From positions 1 through 64,000 of the IMG/VR virus record IMGVR_UViG_3300010368_000009: a stretch of DNA of 64,000 nt; one strand, 5' to 3'. Below are positions 1 to 10,249 of this stretch, one piece after another (the stretch's first letter is position 1; the number at the start of each line of letters is the position of its first letter). The position numbers and the translations under genes are program-made. The notes below the pieces were generated by a model. It was not told the origin of the DNA. It did no database searches and saw only the letters and a list, made by a program, of their open reading frames with translations. The stretch is from a virus.

Positions 1-51
1 TCGCATAGATCGTGATAATTTGTTACTAGGAATGGTTTGCCATCTACTAGT

Positions 52-450
52 TTAACGTTCATCTACTTCTTGTCCATCAGGTGAATGTGATCTATTAATC
101 AACGAGTTTGTAATATTTTCAAGCGAGGGAACAGTTGGACTACTTGGAGCTGGTGGTAAATTCGCAAGTGTTGTGTCTCGTTGATATTCAATATGTCTAC
201 GATATGCGTAGTTCAACATAGTAGCAGCTGATGATGCAGATGCACCAATGACGGCTACCAGTTGGTCTGGATAATATCCTAACACAACTAGCATCACAAC
301 GATATTAATCCAGACCAATGCTTTTGATAGACTCAGAACGGCACGACCGGGTTCCAGAAGGTTGAAGAATCTCAACCACTTGAATGCAAAATTATTCTTC
401 CAATAAAGGTTTTTATCTTCTTCAAGGGGTGTTCCGTGGGATTTGGGCAT
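52..450 (-). CDS. Membrane protein with two TM segments, putative holin or lysis accessory
   Basis: Hydrophobic segments (LVWINIVVMLVVLGYY; LVAVIGASASSAATML); directly downstream of the amidase; start trimmed to ATG at 450. Confidence 0.5.
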   Translation of the reverse strand: MPKSHGTPLEEDKNLYWKNNFAFKWLRFFNLLEPGRAVLSLSKALVWINIVVMLVVLGYYPDQLVAVIGASASSAATMLNYAYRRHIEYQRDTTLANLPPAPSSPTVPSLENITNSLINRSHSPDGQEVDER

Positions 451-454
451 GCTT

Positions 455-1363
455 TCATCTCTTTGGTTTGAACCACCGTTGGAAAAAACCGCCGAGTGTT
501 CTACCACTATTTAGTGGTGGTAGTTCTCGGGGATGTAATATCGTGGAATTAGTCGGTTGATCAGCTGCACCCTGTGTATCGATATGGAACACACGTCTGA
601 TTGGTGCATCTTGAATAATCGTTACTTCTTCCTCTACATCAGCTTTGTCATCATCGCGGCTTGCTATAATGCCTCTGATGCGGTCTATCTGTGACAATGG
701 ACCCGGATCACGTTTTCGTGATGTTATTTCATCGTGGCCTACTAACTTAGAACCATACGTCGCATTGATGGTCTTGGTTAATCCTATCATCACGTTGATT
801 TGTTCTTTGGAATAAGGAATCCAACCCTTTATTGGTTCATTGGGATAAAGATTATGGGTTGATTCTACGATATCAACTCGTTCACGATATCCACGATCAC
901 GTAATGCTTTGGTGTTGATGATCAATGAGTTGAAATATACATCCCCGTACCAAGTTTTATAAACACCGGGAGAAATAATATCTAATGGACCGGGGTTAAT
1001 GACTTCTATGCCACACGAATAACTATTCAATCCAGTATAACCTTCATAGGCAGATCGCCCGGCATGCCAACATTTTTCGTTGAGGGGTGCTAGTTGAACC
1101 ACACGACCACCAGTATCTAATATCAAGTGAACATCGGCTTGGGTGTCTTTATCACGCAAGAAGGCTGTAACCCCATCGATACCGTAACGACCAGCTGTAT
1201 AATGGTATACAAAGTATTTTGGTTCAATGGTGGCTCGACCGGCACGTTTCTCGTGTGGTAGATATGGGATTTGAACCCCGTTCCGATAAACCATGTGATC
1301 AACGATAGTGAACACATCACCACCGTCTATATCTTTCATCTCTGGTAATTCACTAATTCCCAT
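455..1363 (-). CDS. N-acetylmuramoyl-L-alanine amidase (Amidase_2), endolysin
   Basis: HYTAG, CWHAG, N-x-YSCGIE, VGHDEI and RKRDPG zinc-amidase motifs. Confidence 0.9.
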   Translation of the reverse strand: MGISELPEMKDIDGGDVFTIVDHMVYRNGVQIPYLPHEKRAGRATIEPKYFVYHYTAGRYGIDGVTAFLRDKDTQADVHLILDTGGRVVQLAPLNEKCWHAGRSAYEGYTGLNSYSCGIEVINPGPLDIISPGVYKTWYGDVYFNSLIINTKALRDRGYRERVDIVESTHNLYPNEPIKGWIPYSKEQINVMIGLTKTINATYGSKLVGHDEITSRKRDPGPLSQIDRIRGIIASRDDDKADVEEEVTIIQDAPIRRVFHIDTQGAADQPTNSTILHPRELPPLNSGRTLGGFFQRWFKPKR

Positions 1364-1392
1364 AGTACTATTCCTTCAAAGAATAGTACTTA

Positions 1393-1704
1393 TCAACCAC
1401 CAGATAAAAATCTAACAAGTAGACCAACAATTAATGCTGTTGCAGCACCGGCGATTGCCCCAAAGATGGTATTCGTGATCTTACCCGTATTAGCGGTGAC
1501 CGCTAATGCTTTATTAATATCGATTATTTTTTTATCCATGGAATCGATCTTGCCCGAATTGGATGGTACTTGTTTTAGTCTTTCATCAATACGCGCAACC
1601 AGAACGGTCATGGAATTAACTTGTTCTTCCATTTTACTGATCTTGGTATCCATCTTTTCCATAACATATGCCTGTTGTTTGAAGAGTTCGATTTCTGTTG
1701 ACAT
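1393..1704 (-). CDS. Coiled-coil protein with C-terminal TM helix (holin- or XhlA-like)
   Basis: Heptad-rich N-terminus (LVARIDERLK), C-terminal hydrophobic helix, GGAGG RBS, upstream of the endolysin. Confidence 0.55.
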   Translation of the reverse strand: MSTEIELFKQQAYVMEKMDTKISKMEEQVNSMTVLVARIDERLKQVPSNSGKIDSMDKKIIDINKALAVTANTGKITNTIFGAIAGAATALIVGLLVRFLSGG

Positions 1705-1705
1705 G

Positions 1706-2281
1706 TTACCCTCCATTACTATCAGTCTCTTTTTTTGTAATTTTATTCTTTAAATTAGCCCGTTCATCTAATTCCTTTGTGGATTTTCGTATAAATTCGG
1801 CAGCACCTTCTGGTAAAGCTGAAATACACGGTATCAACATACCACATACAAAATCACGTCCGCTTGAAACAGGCCATTTGTAACTGAATATCTGTTTTGG
1901 TGGCGGCGTGTCTGTTCGGTTTTGTAATATGGCATCGATATCAGGTATTTCTTCGATGACGAGTTCTGGTTGTTTGGTTTGCCAAATTCGTTCATCTTTT
2001 GACAAGAAATCGGCAGCTACTTCTGGTCCCCATACTTCTTCGTCGGTTTTATTCAAATAGGTTGTGGCATCATTATTAAGAAACTGTCTAGCGTATTCTC
2101 TGTTAACGAACCACATCCGCCAATTACCATCACTCAGGCGTTCCTTTGCCCAAAATGGTAAGGGTGCGTTTTGAACAATGGAGAATAACTCATAATTGGT
2201 ATTGGTTTCATCCTCAACTTTCGCACGAGCAATTTCTGCTTGATCGATCATATAATGTAGTACTTTAAATTCGTCTTTCAT
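1706..2281 (-). CDS. PAS-domain protein
   Basis: IVQNAPLPFWAKE...FVNREY...LNKTDEEVWGPEVAADFLSKDERI matches the PAS_4 pattern; AGGA RBS before ATG 2281. Confidence 0.75.
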   Translation of the reverse strand: MKDEFKVLHYMIDQAEIARAKVEDETNTNYELFSIVQNAPLPFWAKERLSDGNWRMWFVNREYARQFLNNDATTYLNKTDEEVWGPEVAADFLSKDERIWQTKQPELVIEEIPDIDAILQNRTDTPPPKQIFSYKWPVSSGRDFVCGMLIPCISALPEGAAEFIRKSTKELDERANLKNKITKKETDSNGG

Positions 2282-2363
2282 AAACCGATTCCTAATAGCC
2301 AACAGGTATTTACTATAAATGCAAATACCCACTGCTAATATATACGAATCGTATTATATTTAT

Positions 2364-2594
2364 TTATTTATTTAAAGAATTTTGTAATTCCATATACCCA
2401 CCAATATAGGTATCGCCTTGGAATATTTGTGGTACTGTGCGTGGTTCTGGGTGTCCTGATCTAACAACTCGTTCGATTAAGATATCTCGGTTGGTTGAAG
2501 CTTCGACTTCTTCGAACAGAAGACCGTTGGTTTCCAATAATGATTTGGCTTTAGTGCAATAACCACAGTTGTCACGTGAATAGATGGTATACAT
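2364..2594 (-). CDS. Glutaredoxin
   Basis: CGYC active site, TVPQIF, YIGGY; follows nrdB. Confidence 0.92.
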   Translation of the reverse strand: MYTIYSRDNCGYCTKAKSLLETNGLLFEEVEASTNRDILIERVVRSGHPEPRTVPQIFQGDTYIGGYMELQNSLNK

Positions 2595-2604
2595 GTTTTT
2601 TCCT

Positions 2605-3765
2605 TTATAGTTCCATATCTGTAAATGAGTCTGAATCAACATCTTGGTCAACCTTACCAATAACGTATGACTCGACTTCGGTTTCTTGTGGCGCGACCTG
2701 ACGGCTACGCGATGAAATCCACGATTCGGTCCAAGGCAATGGATTTGCTGCCGGAAAATCGTGACGTGGTTTTAGTCCAACTGCTCGAATGCGCTGTGCA
2801 CCAATATAATCCACATAGTTTTTCAAAATAGGTTCATTCAAACCAAGGATCGACCCATCTTTGAAAAGATATTCGGCCCAATCTTTTTCTTGGTTCATGG
2901 CTGTCTCGTACATACCAAGACACTCTTCGGTAGTATCATCCTTGATTTGCTGAAAGATTGGATCATCCGCGATCATCAGGTTTCGTAATAGTTTTTGGGA
3001 AATGGACAAATGCAAATTCTCATCACGTGCGATGAATTTGATGATCTTAGCATTGCCTTCCATCCGTTTGTTTTCAGCGAAAGCCCATGAACAAGCAAAC
3101 GATACATAGAACCGAATACCTTCAAGGATATTAATAGCTGTCAGACAGAGCCATAATTTCTTCTTCAGCTCATACTCGGTGATGTTATGAGTGGTCGTGG
3201 TGTAAACGTTTGCAACCGATGAAGATTTAATCTCATGTATACCATATCCAAACGAACTCCATAGTTTCGCATATTCAATGAAGCTATCGTAATATTTGGT
3301 GATATCATCAGCGCAATCTAAAATCTCTTTAATATCAGTGACTTCATCAAATACAACAGAGGGGTCAGGGTAAACTCCACGAATGATATGTGTATACGAA
3401 TCACTGTGTAGGGTTTCAAAAGCACCCCACCACGAAATCAGTGGTTCCATTTCAGGAAGCGTCACATAGGGTAGCAAGGCAATACTGACTGCACGACCCT
3501 GAATACTATCCAACAGAATCTGGCGCTTGAGATTTGACGTGAAGATGTGTTTCTCGTGATCACTCAGTTGTAAGAAGTCTTTCTTATCGGTTGAGGTATC
3601 AACTTCGTCCGGTGTCCAAATGAAACTGCGCATCTTACGATACAACATATCCAAGTCTTTGTACTTCACGGTTTCATAACGAGCCACGTCAACACCACCA
3701 TTAGGGTCAAAGAACATCTTTGTATCTAAATGACTAATACTACGTGGTTTGAACATTGAATTCAT
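2605..3765 (-). CDS. nrdB: Ribonucleotide reductase class Ia beta subunit
   Basis: LLDSIQGR, FETLHSDSYTHII, LEGIRFYVSF, IARDENLH, QVAPQETE. Confidence 0.97.
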   Translation of the reverse strand: MNSMFKPRSISHLDTKMFFDPNGGVDVARYETVKYKDLDMLYRKMRSFIWTPDEVDTSTDKKDFLQLSDHEKHIFTSNLKRQILLDSIQGRAVSIALLPYVTLPEMEPLISWWGAFETLHSDSYTHIIRGVYPDPSVVFDEVTDIKEILDCADDITKYYDSFIEYAKLWSSFGYGIHEIKSSSVANVYTTTTHNITEYELKKKLWLCLTAINILEGIRFYVSFACSWAFAENKRMEGNAKIIKFIARDENLHLSISQKLLRNLMIADDPIFQQIKDDTTEECLGMYETAMNQEKDWAEYLFKDGSILGLNEPILKNYVDYIGAQRIRAVGLKPRHDFPAANPLPWTESWISSRSRQVAPQETEVESYVIGKVDQDVDSDSFTDMEL

Positions 3766-3783
3766 TGGTAAGTTCTTTCTATA

Positions 3784-6069
3784 TTAGAGGATACAAGATT
3801 CGCATTCTTCTTCATCTTCGATGACTTCTTGCGCATCCGCTTTGTTTTCTTCTTCGGCAGCATCATATGTATTTTGATAATACAAGGTTTTACCACCATA
3901 TTTGTAATGCTCAAGAATATCACCAATCATTTCAGTCATTGATAAAGAACCGTTTTCTCGCAGTTCTGGATTATAACTCACGTTGACCGAAATAGCTTGA
4001 TCGATGTATTTTTGTAGCACAGCTGTTATGTGCAAATATCCTTTTGGTGATACTTGATCCCATAACAGATCGTATTTGTTTTTGAGTTTGCCAATTTCAG
4101 GAACCACCTGCTTGAAAACACCATGCTTTGAAACCTTCTCAGACACAAGCGCCCTTGGTGGTTCAATGCCGTTGGTCGCATTAGCAATTTGAGCACTGGT
4201 TTCGCTAGGCATAAGTGCCATCACTGTAGCATTACGAATCCCATGCTCTTTCAACATGCCGCGAAGCCATTCCCAATCAACTCGCTCTTGGTGTGGAACT
4301 AATTGATCAACTGATTTTTTATAAGTGTCGATAGGTAGAATACCTTGAGCATATTTAGTGTGCTCAACCATAAGACAAGGACCGCGCTCAATAGCTAATT
4401 CCATTGACGCCTTGATCAGATGGAAGGACCATGCTTCTGCATATTCTTGTACGAGTTCCAAGGCATTGTCATCATAACGACAATCGTTCTTAGCCAAAAA
4501 GTATGCAAGATTGATCATACCAATACCAAGTGGGCGGTAATCCATAGTATGTTTCTTGGCCGCTAATACCGGGTAGTCTTGATAATCCAATAGGTTATCA
4601 AGTGCCCGAACCGTCAAACGCGCAATACGTTCAAATTGATCCGTTGATTTGATCTTTCCGAGATTGTGTGCAGATAGGGTACAAAGAGCGATCAACCCAT
4701 CAGGGTCTTCGATGCCTTGCATTGGTCTTGTTGGTTGCGTTATTTCAACACATAAATTGGTTTGTCTGATTGGTGCTACTTCTGGAATATATGAGCCATG
4801 TGAATTACAGTGATCGATGTTCTGAATATAGATACGACCAGTTTCTTTACGTTGGGTCATCAGGGTTGTAAAGAATTCAATCGCCGATATAGAATAACTA
4901 CGAATGGATGGATCGTTTTCGTATTTGGCATACAGGGACTCAAACAAATCATTATCACCAGCATGGAAAGCTTCGATCAATCCCGGTGCTTCGGATGGAG
5001 AGAAGAATGAAATATCACCACCCTTGATAAGACGGGTATACAGCAAGCGATTTGCTTGAACGCAATAATCCAACATACGGATACGATCTTTTTCAATACC
5101 CTTGGATGATTTGAGCATCACGAGAGATTCAAACTCAGCGTGCCAAAATGGATAAGTGATCGTTGCGGAGCCACCACGAATACCACCCTGTGAACAAGAC
5201 TTCACCGCACCCTGAAATGATCTAAGAAATGGCTGAAGTCCGGTAGATTCAGTTTCACCACCACGGATACCCGAGCCGACTGATCTAATAGGCCCAACAT
5301 CGATCCCTAAGCCTGCTCTACGTGAGATGTAACGGTAGATGGCTGACGTGGTAGCTTCGATGCTCATCATCGTGTCACCGGTCGCTATGAGGACACAGGA
5401 CGCAAATTGACGAGTAGGTGTTCTGACACCAGCCATCACCGGTGTTGGTAAAGAAATATCATGAAGGGAGATTGCATCATAATATTCCTTGATCCAAACC
5501 ATACGATCAATAGGTTCGTTAATAAACATGGTGGCGGCAATCATCAAATATGCGACCTGTGGTGTTTCGTGAAAAGTTTCATTCACCCGGTTCTTTACTA
5601 GATACTTTCCACGGAATTGTTCAACCGCTGCATACACCAACGAGAAATCACGATTATGTTTGATAATATTTTCAAACTCTTCAAACTCTTCGTCCGTGAA
5701 AGTCAAAAGACTCTTATCATAAACACCGAGCGTGACGTTACGTTCAACAATTTTACGAATAGGCCACGGTTCGTGTTCACCATAGAGTTCTTTCCGTAAT
5801 TGGTAGTTAACCAAGCGGGCCGCAACGTATTGATAATTAGGGGTATTTTCTGAAATCAAATCAGCCGCAGATCGGATCAGGGTGTTATGTATTTCAGATG
5901 TTTTGATACCGGTTGTAAATTGTAATTTGGCGCTTAGTTCAATTTTCGAAACAGATACACCGGTGATGTCTTCACACGCCCAGAATAATACTTTATGAAT
6001 TTTGTCTAGGTCTAGTGGTTCTTTAGAACCATTGCGCTTTGTTACGATTATATTAGAGGTAGTGGGCAT
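3784..6069 (-). CDS. nrdA: Ribonucleotide reductase class Ia alpha subunit
   Basis: ATP cone (VTKRNG), PTPVMAGVRT, SCVL, TNLCVEI, MPSETS, C-terminal CESC; GGAG RBS at ATG 6069. Confidence 0.97.
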   Translation of the reverse strand: MPTTSNIIVTKRNGSKEPLDLDKIHKVLFWACEDITGVSVSKIELSAKLQFTTGIKTSEIHNTLIRSAADLISENTPNYQYVAARLVNYQLRKELYGEHEPWPIRKIVERNVTLGVYDKSLLTFTDEEFEEFENIIKHNRDFSLVYAAVEQFRGKYLVKNRVNETFHETPQVAYLMIAATMFINEPIDRMVWIKEYYDAISLHDISLPTPVMAGVRTPTRQFASCVLIATGDTMMSIEATTSAIYRYISRRAGLGIDVGPIRSVGSGIRGGETESTGLQPFLRSFQGAVKSCSQGGIRGGSATITYPFWHAEFESLVMLKSSKGIEKDRIRMLDYCVQANRLLYTRLIKGGDISFFSPSEAPGLIEAFHAGDNDLFESLYAKYENDPSIRSYSISAIEFFTTLMTQRKETGRIYIQNIDHCNSHGSYIPEVAPIRQTNLCVEITQPTRPMQGIEDPDGLIALCTLSAHNLGKIKSTDQFERIARLTVRALDNLLDYQDYPVLAAKKHTMDYRPLGIGMINLAYFLAKNDCRYDDNALELVQEYAEAWSFHLIKASMELAIERGPCLMVEHTKYAQGILPIDTYKKSVDQLVPHQERVDWEWLRGMLKEHGIRNATVMALMPSETSAQIANATNGIEPPRALVSEKVSKHGVFKQVVPEIGKLKNKYDLLWDQVSPKGYLHITAVLQKYIDQAISVNVSYNPELRENGSLSMTEMIGDILEHYKYGGKTLYYQNTYDAAEEENKADAQEVIEDEEECESCIL

Positions 6070-6200
6070 ACTCGTTTTCTCCGGTATATGAACTAAGGTG
6101 TCATTACCAGAATATGATATTCTCGCGTCCATTAAATGCTCCGAGTGCTATAAATTATCTTAGGATGTGAATTTACTTACAGCAGAGCGGTATCCTTATT

Positions 6201-6644
6201 ATGAATGAATCGGCACCAGATTTAGTATTGGCTGACAATGATACACACAGTATAGTGGGTAAGATTATTGAGCACATGCCAGCATCACTTATGACACAAC
6301 TTGTTAAGAATCATTTAATAGAAACATCCGATGGAATCATTATTGGACGAAACTCAACTAGACTTAATATAGAATGCGCGCTTTATAATAACGAATTATC
6401 GCGCGCTGACTTTTTTGCAACGGGTGGTGTGTCAAATGGGTTTCATTTTAAAGCTGATGGAATATTTTGGTTTAAAAGAGATAATGAGTATGGCGGAATA
6501 CTATTACACGGCCAACGGGTAAAACCCATTGACCGTGTAAGAAAGACGGTAGCAGTTTTTTGTAAATCACCGTGGTCGGTTTTCGATGATCGAATTTGGT
6601 TTTCTACCGAGGAAGATACCAAAATTTGTTACTTGATGATTTGA
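6201..6644 (+). CDS. Hypothetical protein
   Basis: 147 aa ORF filling the gap between operons. Confidence 0.55.
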   Translation: MNESAPDLVLADNDTHSIVGKIIEHMPASLMTQLVKNHLIETSDGIIIGRNSTRLNIECALYNNELSRADFFATGGVSNGFHFKADGIFWFKRDNEYGGILLHGQRVKPIDRVRKTVAVFCKSPWSVFDDRIWFSTEEDTKICYLMI

Positions 6645-8042
6645 TTATTCGTACTCATCATAATTAATTGTGACGCCCCAAGACGGTACTGGGAGATTGC
6701 CACCCCAACTTTGAACAATCACCCAAATCATTTTAGTGATCCACGACTTGTGATCTTCACACCAACCTTCACCATATCCATCAGTGAAGAAAACAATGGC
6801 ATCATATGGATCACCAGCTTCTAGTGATTTGTCCTTCATCCATTGTACGGCTGGTTCGAAGATCGTGCCACCACCACCATGGAATGGGTATTGAAGAATT
6901 TCATCACCGTTATCCAAATCATAATGACGATGATTATAAACTTGAGTATCACACGAGATGACATCGATATCATAAGAGTCAAACTGACTGATGATACCAT
7001 ATAGTTCACCAAGCACTTTGCGCAGGTCTTCTTCACCGATTGATCCAGATGTATCAACGATAACACCGATACGAACCGATGTTTCATATTCCATGCCTTC
7101 TAGAGTAATGCCGCTAGAAAACATACGAGGATCAACCCGAAGTGGGGAATAATCAGAAACCCGAAGCGAATCCATTTCAGCGGTGATATAGCTAGCCCAC
7201 GGAACACGTGGTTTGATCCATTCGTCAATCAGTCGCAAAATACCGGCTGGAATGTCGCCACGACCTTGACCACGTTCCTTGGCCTCATTAGCTGCTTGAA
7301 GCGTGGTTGATCGAGCTTGACGCGCAATCTCTTTCTTATCTTCTTCGTCCAACTCATCCATGAGATGTGTATCAATGGTTTGTTTATCACGATGAAGACC
7401 AGAACCCGATCCACCCTTCTGTCCTTCGTCTTCTTCCAACAGAACTTCATATACTTGTTCAGCAGAAAGACCGGCGAAGCGAGTATCATACAATCCAATG
7501 TAATCAGTATCGCTTTTGCCGAACGCTTCGTTCATCTTCTCAACCATTTCCAGATGTTCTGGATCGATATACTTTTTGGTTTCTTCAATGGCAGCTTGCA
7601 TTACATCGAGACGAGGCATAGGCATACCGAATTCAACCAAGGTTTGATTGATTACATAATCGGTAGCAACATTCCATAACTGCGGATCACGAGAACCACG
7701 ACGACCCATGGAATCAAAAACGACATGCATGATTTCATGACAGAACACGAACTTCTGCTCATCGTTGGTAATTTTGCCAGACTTCGGATTCAACAGATGC
7801 ATAAACAGTGCATTGAAATAAAAGTTGAATCCATCAGTAGCAGCCGTCGAAATCAATGGATGACCCGGTGCACAAATAACCGTAGGATATGAGATAACGA
7901 AATTGGCAAAGAATGGCATATCGTTGCTGATCGAGATACGCAATCTGGTCAATTCGCTATACGGATCAAACCCTAACTTATCCACATCCAATTTTGGTTG
8001 GTTGGGGTTAAGAAAGTTTTTGATAATTGTTTTCGGGTCCAT
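6645..8042 (-). CDS. DUF2201-type metallopeptidase with VWA domain
   Basis: TAATDG, HEIMH, WNVATDYVIN, DTSGS MIDAS, GGGGT, FTDGY. Confidence 0.88.
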   Translation of the reverse strand: MDPKTIIKNFLNPNQPKLDVDKLGFDPYSELTRLRISISNDMPFFANFVISYPTVICAPGHPLISTAATDGFNFYFNALFMHLLNPKSGKITNDEQKFVFCHEIMHVVFDSMGRRGSRDPQLWNVATDYVINQTLVEFGMPMPRLDVMQAAIEETKKYIDPEHLEMVEKMNEAFGKSDTDYIGLYDTRFAGLSAEQVYEVLLEEDEGQKGGSGSGLHRDKQTIDTHLMDELDEEDKKEIARQARSTTLQAANEAKERGQGRGDIPAGILRLIDEWIKPRVPWASYITAEMDSLRVSDYSPLRVDPRMFSSGITLEGMEYETSVRIGVIVDTSGSIGEEDLRKVLGELYGIISQFDSYDIDVISCDTQVYNHRHYDLDNGDEILQYPFHGGGGTIFEPAVQWMKDKSLEAGDPYDAIVFFTDGYGEGWCEDHKSWITKMIWVIVQSWGGNLPVPSWGVTINYDEYE

Positions 8043-8044
8043 GA

Positions 8045-9433
8045 TTAACCTGCCTTTCGCAGATCAGAAGAGTTCATCACTTTTGAAAGCTCGTTCTGCA
8101 TCGTGATCCAGTGACCACCAGCATCACCAAGAACTTCAGTGTAAATTTGTGTGATCTTGGGATCATCGGTATCAATATAGAATGAAGTTGTCCGCTTGAT
8201 GAGCATCATAGCCCATTCAGCATCTTCAATTCCTTTTTTGTTGATGAAGGCGGCAACATTTTGTGCCGACTCAACCGTGAAGCTCTTAGTCATCGTGCTA
8301 ATCAACGAATTGATGAAGGCAAACTTCATAGAAAGCGCTTTAGATTTAATCTGGCGATCATTAGACACGTTGCCTGATTTCTTCACGACCGCTTCGAAGT
8401 CAATATCCTTGACCTTGCCGCTCAACACCGTTTCTGGCTTAGGAAGATGGACATAAATATCAACCCAAGCCATGAAGTCAGCAGCAACACCTTCACCAAG
8501 TGTGCCCGACAGAACTGCTTCTGTGATTGTACGAAGGTCTTTCTCGGAATCCGGTAACATCTTGATATCTTTATAAATATCAGAAGCCATTTCCCAAGTA
8601 CGAGGACAAGGGTACGAAGATGAACCGCCGCGACCAGCCATTGTGTTGGCATCGAATTCAAAAATCATTTCTGGTTTAAAGTTCAAGAAGCCAAGAACTT
8701 CTGGAACGACATCATTAGCAAAAGCCCAATGACGCCATTTGTTATATGTTGGTTCATCGATGTGGATGTGAGTCATACGAGAAACCAGAGCCGGTGACAT
8801 CGCTGTGGCACCAACCTTGTCTTCAACCCGATTACCAGCGGCAACCATGTCCACATTTTCCGGCAACATATATTCACCAACTGCACGATCCAGAACCAAT
8901 TGAAGTGCAGCACCTTGAACCAATTTCGGAGCAAGGGACAATTCGTCAAGGAAAACAACAGCATGTTGATCGTGTAGACCGGATAGAATACGCGGCATCA
9001 AACGGTTGATCATGTCGGCATCGGCCAACAGATTACCATGAGCGTCAACACGGGTGATACGTTCGATCAGTTCTTCCAAGCGCTTGGGTGACATCGGGAA
9101 GTTATTGGTAGCCAACCATTCGGCTTCTTCCTTTTGTGCATTGAATACAGGAAGACCCTTAATATCGGTAGGGTTCATCAATAGAAGACGATTATCAAAT
9201 ACCCGACGACCCTTGAATGTTTTACCACAAACGTCTTTGAACGTTTCATGAAAATGCTTAAGAAGCCGTTCGTCAATTTGTACGGTATAATATTGCTCTG
9301 AAGCAATTTCACGAATCATAACGGATTTACCAACACCCGGTGGACCCCAAATCATGGCCACTTTGTTGGACTTCCATAATACTGCCAGAATACCGGGTAC
9401 TTTATCAATTGATACGCGGGAAAGATTTTGCAT
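8045..9433 (-). CDS. MoxR-like AAA+ ATPase
   Basis: Walker A GPPGVGKS, Walker B VFLDE, AAGNR, PRTWE; paired with VWA gene. Confidence 0.9.
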   Translation of the reverse strand: MQNLSRVSIDKVPGILAVLWKSNKVAMIWGPPGVGKSVMIREIASEQYYTVQIDERLLKHFHETFKDVCGKTFKGRRVFDNRLLLMNPTDIKGLPVFNAQKEEAEWLATNNFPMSPKRLEELIERITRVDAHGNLLADADMINRLMPRILSGLHDQHAVVFLDELSLAPKLVQGAALQLVLDRAVGEYMLPENVDMVAAGNRVEDKVGATAMSPALVSRMTHIHIDEPTYNKWRHWAFANDVVPEVLGFLNFKPEMIFEFDANTMAGRGGSSSYPCPRTWEMASDIYKDIKMLPDSEKDLRTITEAVLSGTLGEGVAADFMAWVDIYVHLPKPETVLSGKVKDIDFEAVVKKSGNVSNDRQIKSKALSMKFAFINSLISTMTKSFTVESAQNVAAFINKKGIEDAEWAMMLIKRTTSFYIDTDDPKITQIYTEVLGDAGGHWITMQNELSKVMNSSDLRKAG

Positions 9434-9497
9434 AATTTGATGAACCTTGATTAATTGCCGTAATTCATCATAGCACGGCGGATATATAAGTCAACAA

Positions 9498-9836
9498 TCA
9501 ATCATCATCAGATAACAGTTTATCTAACATCACCGTGCGTGGAACTAAATCGACAGTCAGTATGCAATCAAGCCCTGATGCAATATCCTGAAGAGTCGTC
9601 AATGATAAACTTTTATTTTCATGATTTTCAATTCTACTAATAGCGGGCTGTTTCAAACCCACCGATTCTGCAAGATCAGATTGCTTCATCTTCATAGATT
9701 TGCGTTGACGCTTAATTTTATCTTTGAAGGAAAATAGAAAAGCTTGGTTTAAAATTTCCAATGCTTCTTCTTTTGATCGCTTTAACCGGTTCACATCTTC
9801 GGGAATATAATCTTTAACACTCATTATTGTATCCAA
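9498..9836 (-). CDS. XRE-family HTH regulator
   Basis: MKQSDLAESVGLKQPAISRIEN. Confidence 0.85.
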   Translation of the reverse strand: MDTIMSVKDYIPEDVNRLKRSKEEALEILNQAFLFSFKDKIKRQRKSMKMKQSDLAESVGLKQPAISRIENHENKSLSLTTLQDIASGLDCILTVDLVPRTVMLDKLLSDDD

Positions 9837-9866
9837 TATACTTATTAGGTATATTTAGGGACCAAA

Positions 9867-10241
9867 TCAGATAAACGCAATTGGAAGCACCGCACCGGGT
9901 CTTCGAACCATAATATTATCTTCACCCGTTACGAAACCGAAACTTTGAAGTTTACGTTTCATGGATGATTTGATTCCATCAATAACAACAGCGAGTGGTA
10001 AATTCTGCTCGTCTTGTCTTTTACAAATATATTGTAGCACTTCTAACATAGCATCACTTTTATTAGATGCTTCATCATCGAGTTCAATCTGGATGATGGT
10101 CGCATCACTGATGACAATCTTACATACCATATCAGTCTTCTCACCGCGAGAAATAGCAAGGACCACGATATTCTCGCCCTGTGCTTTTTCTTCGATGTCG
10201 AACTTGTTGGTGCTATTTTCTAATAAGTCTACAATACGCAT
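9867..10241 (-). CDS. Hypothetical late protein, possibly degenerate GNAT fold, MRIVDLLE N-terminus
   Basis: ATAAATA motif (10247-10253, minus strand) just upstream; LQSFGF near the C-terminus. Confidence 0.55.
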   Translation of the reverse strand: MRIVDLLENSTNKFDIEEKAQGENIVVLAISRGEKTDMVCKIVISDATIIQIELDDEASNKSDAMLEVLQYICKRQDEQNLPLAVVIDGIKSSMKRKLQSFGFVTGEDNIMVRRPGAVLPIAFI

Positions 10242-10249
10242 ATTCTTAT

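Noticed and set aside
2605-6069. Introns or inteins in nrdA or nrdB
   Set aside because: Both ORFs are continuous and of normal length
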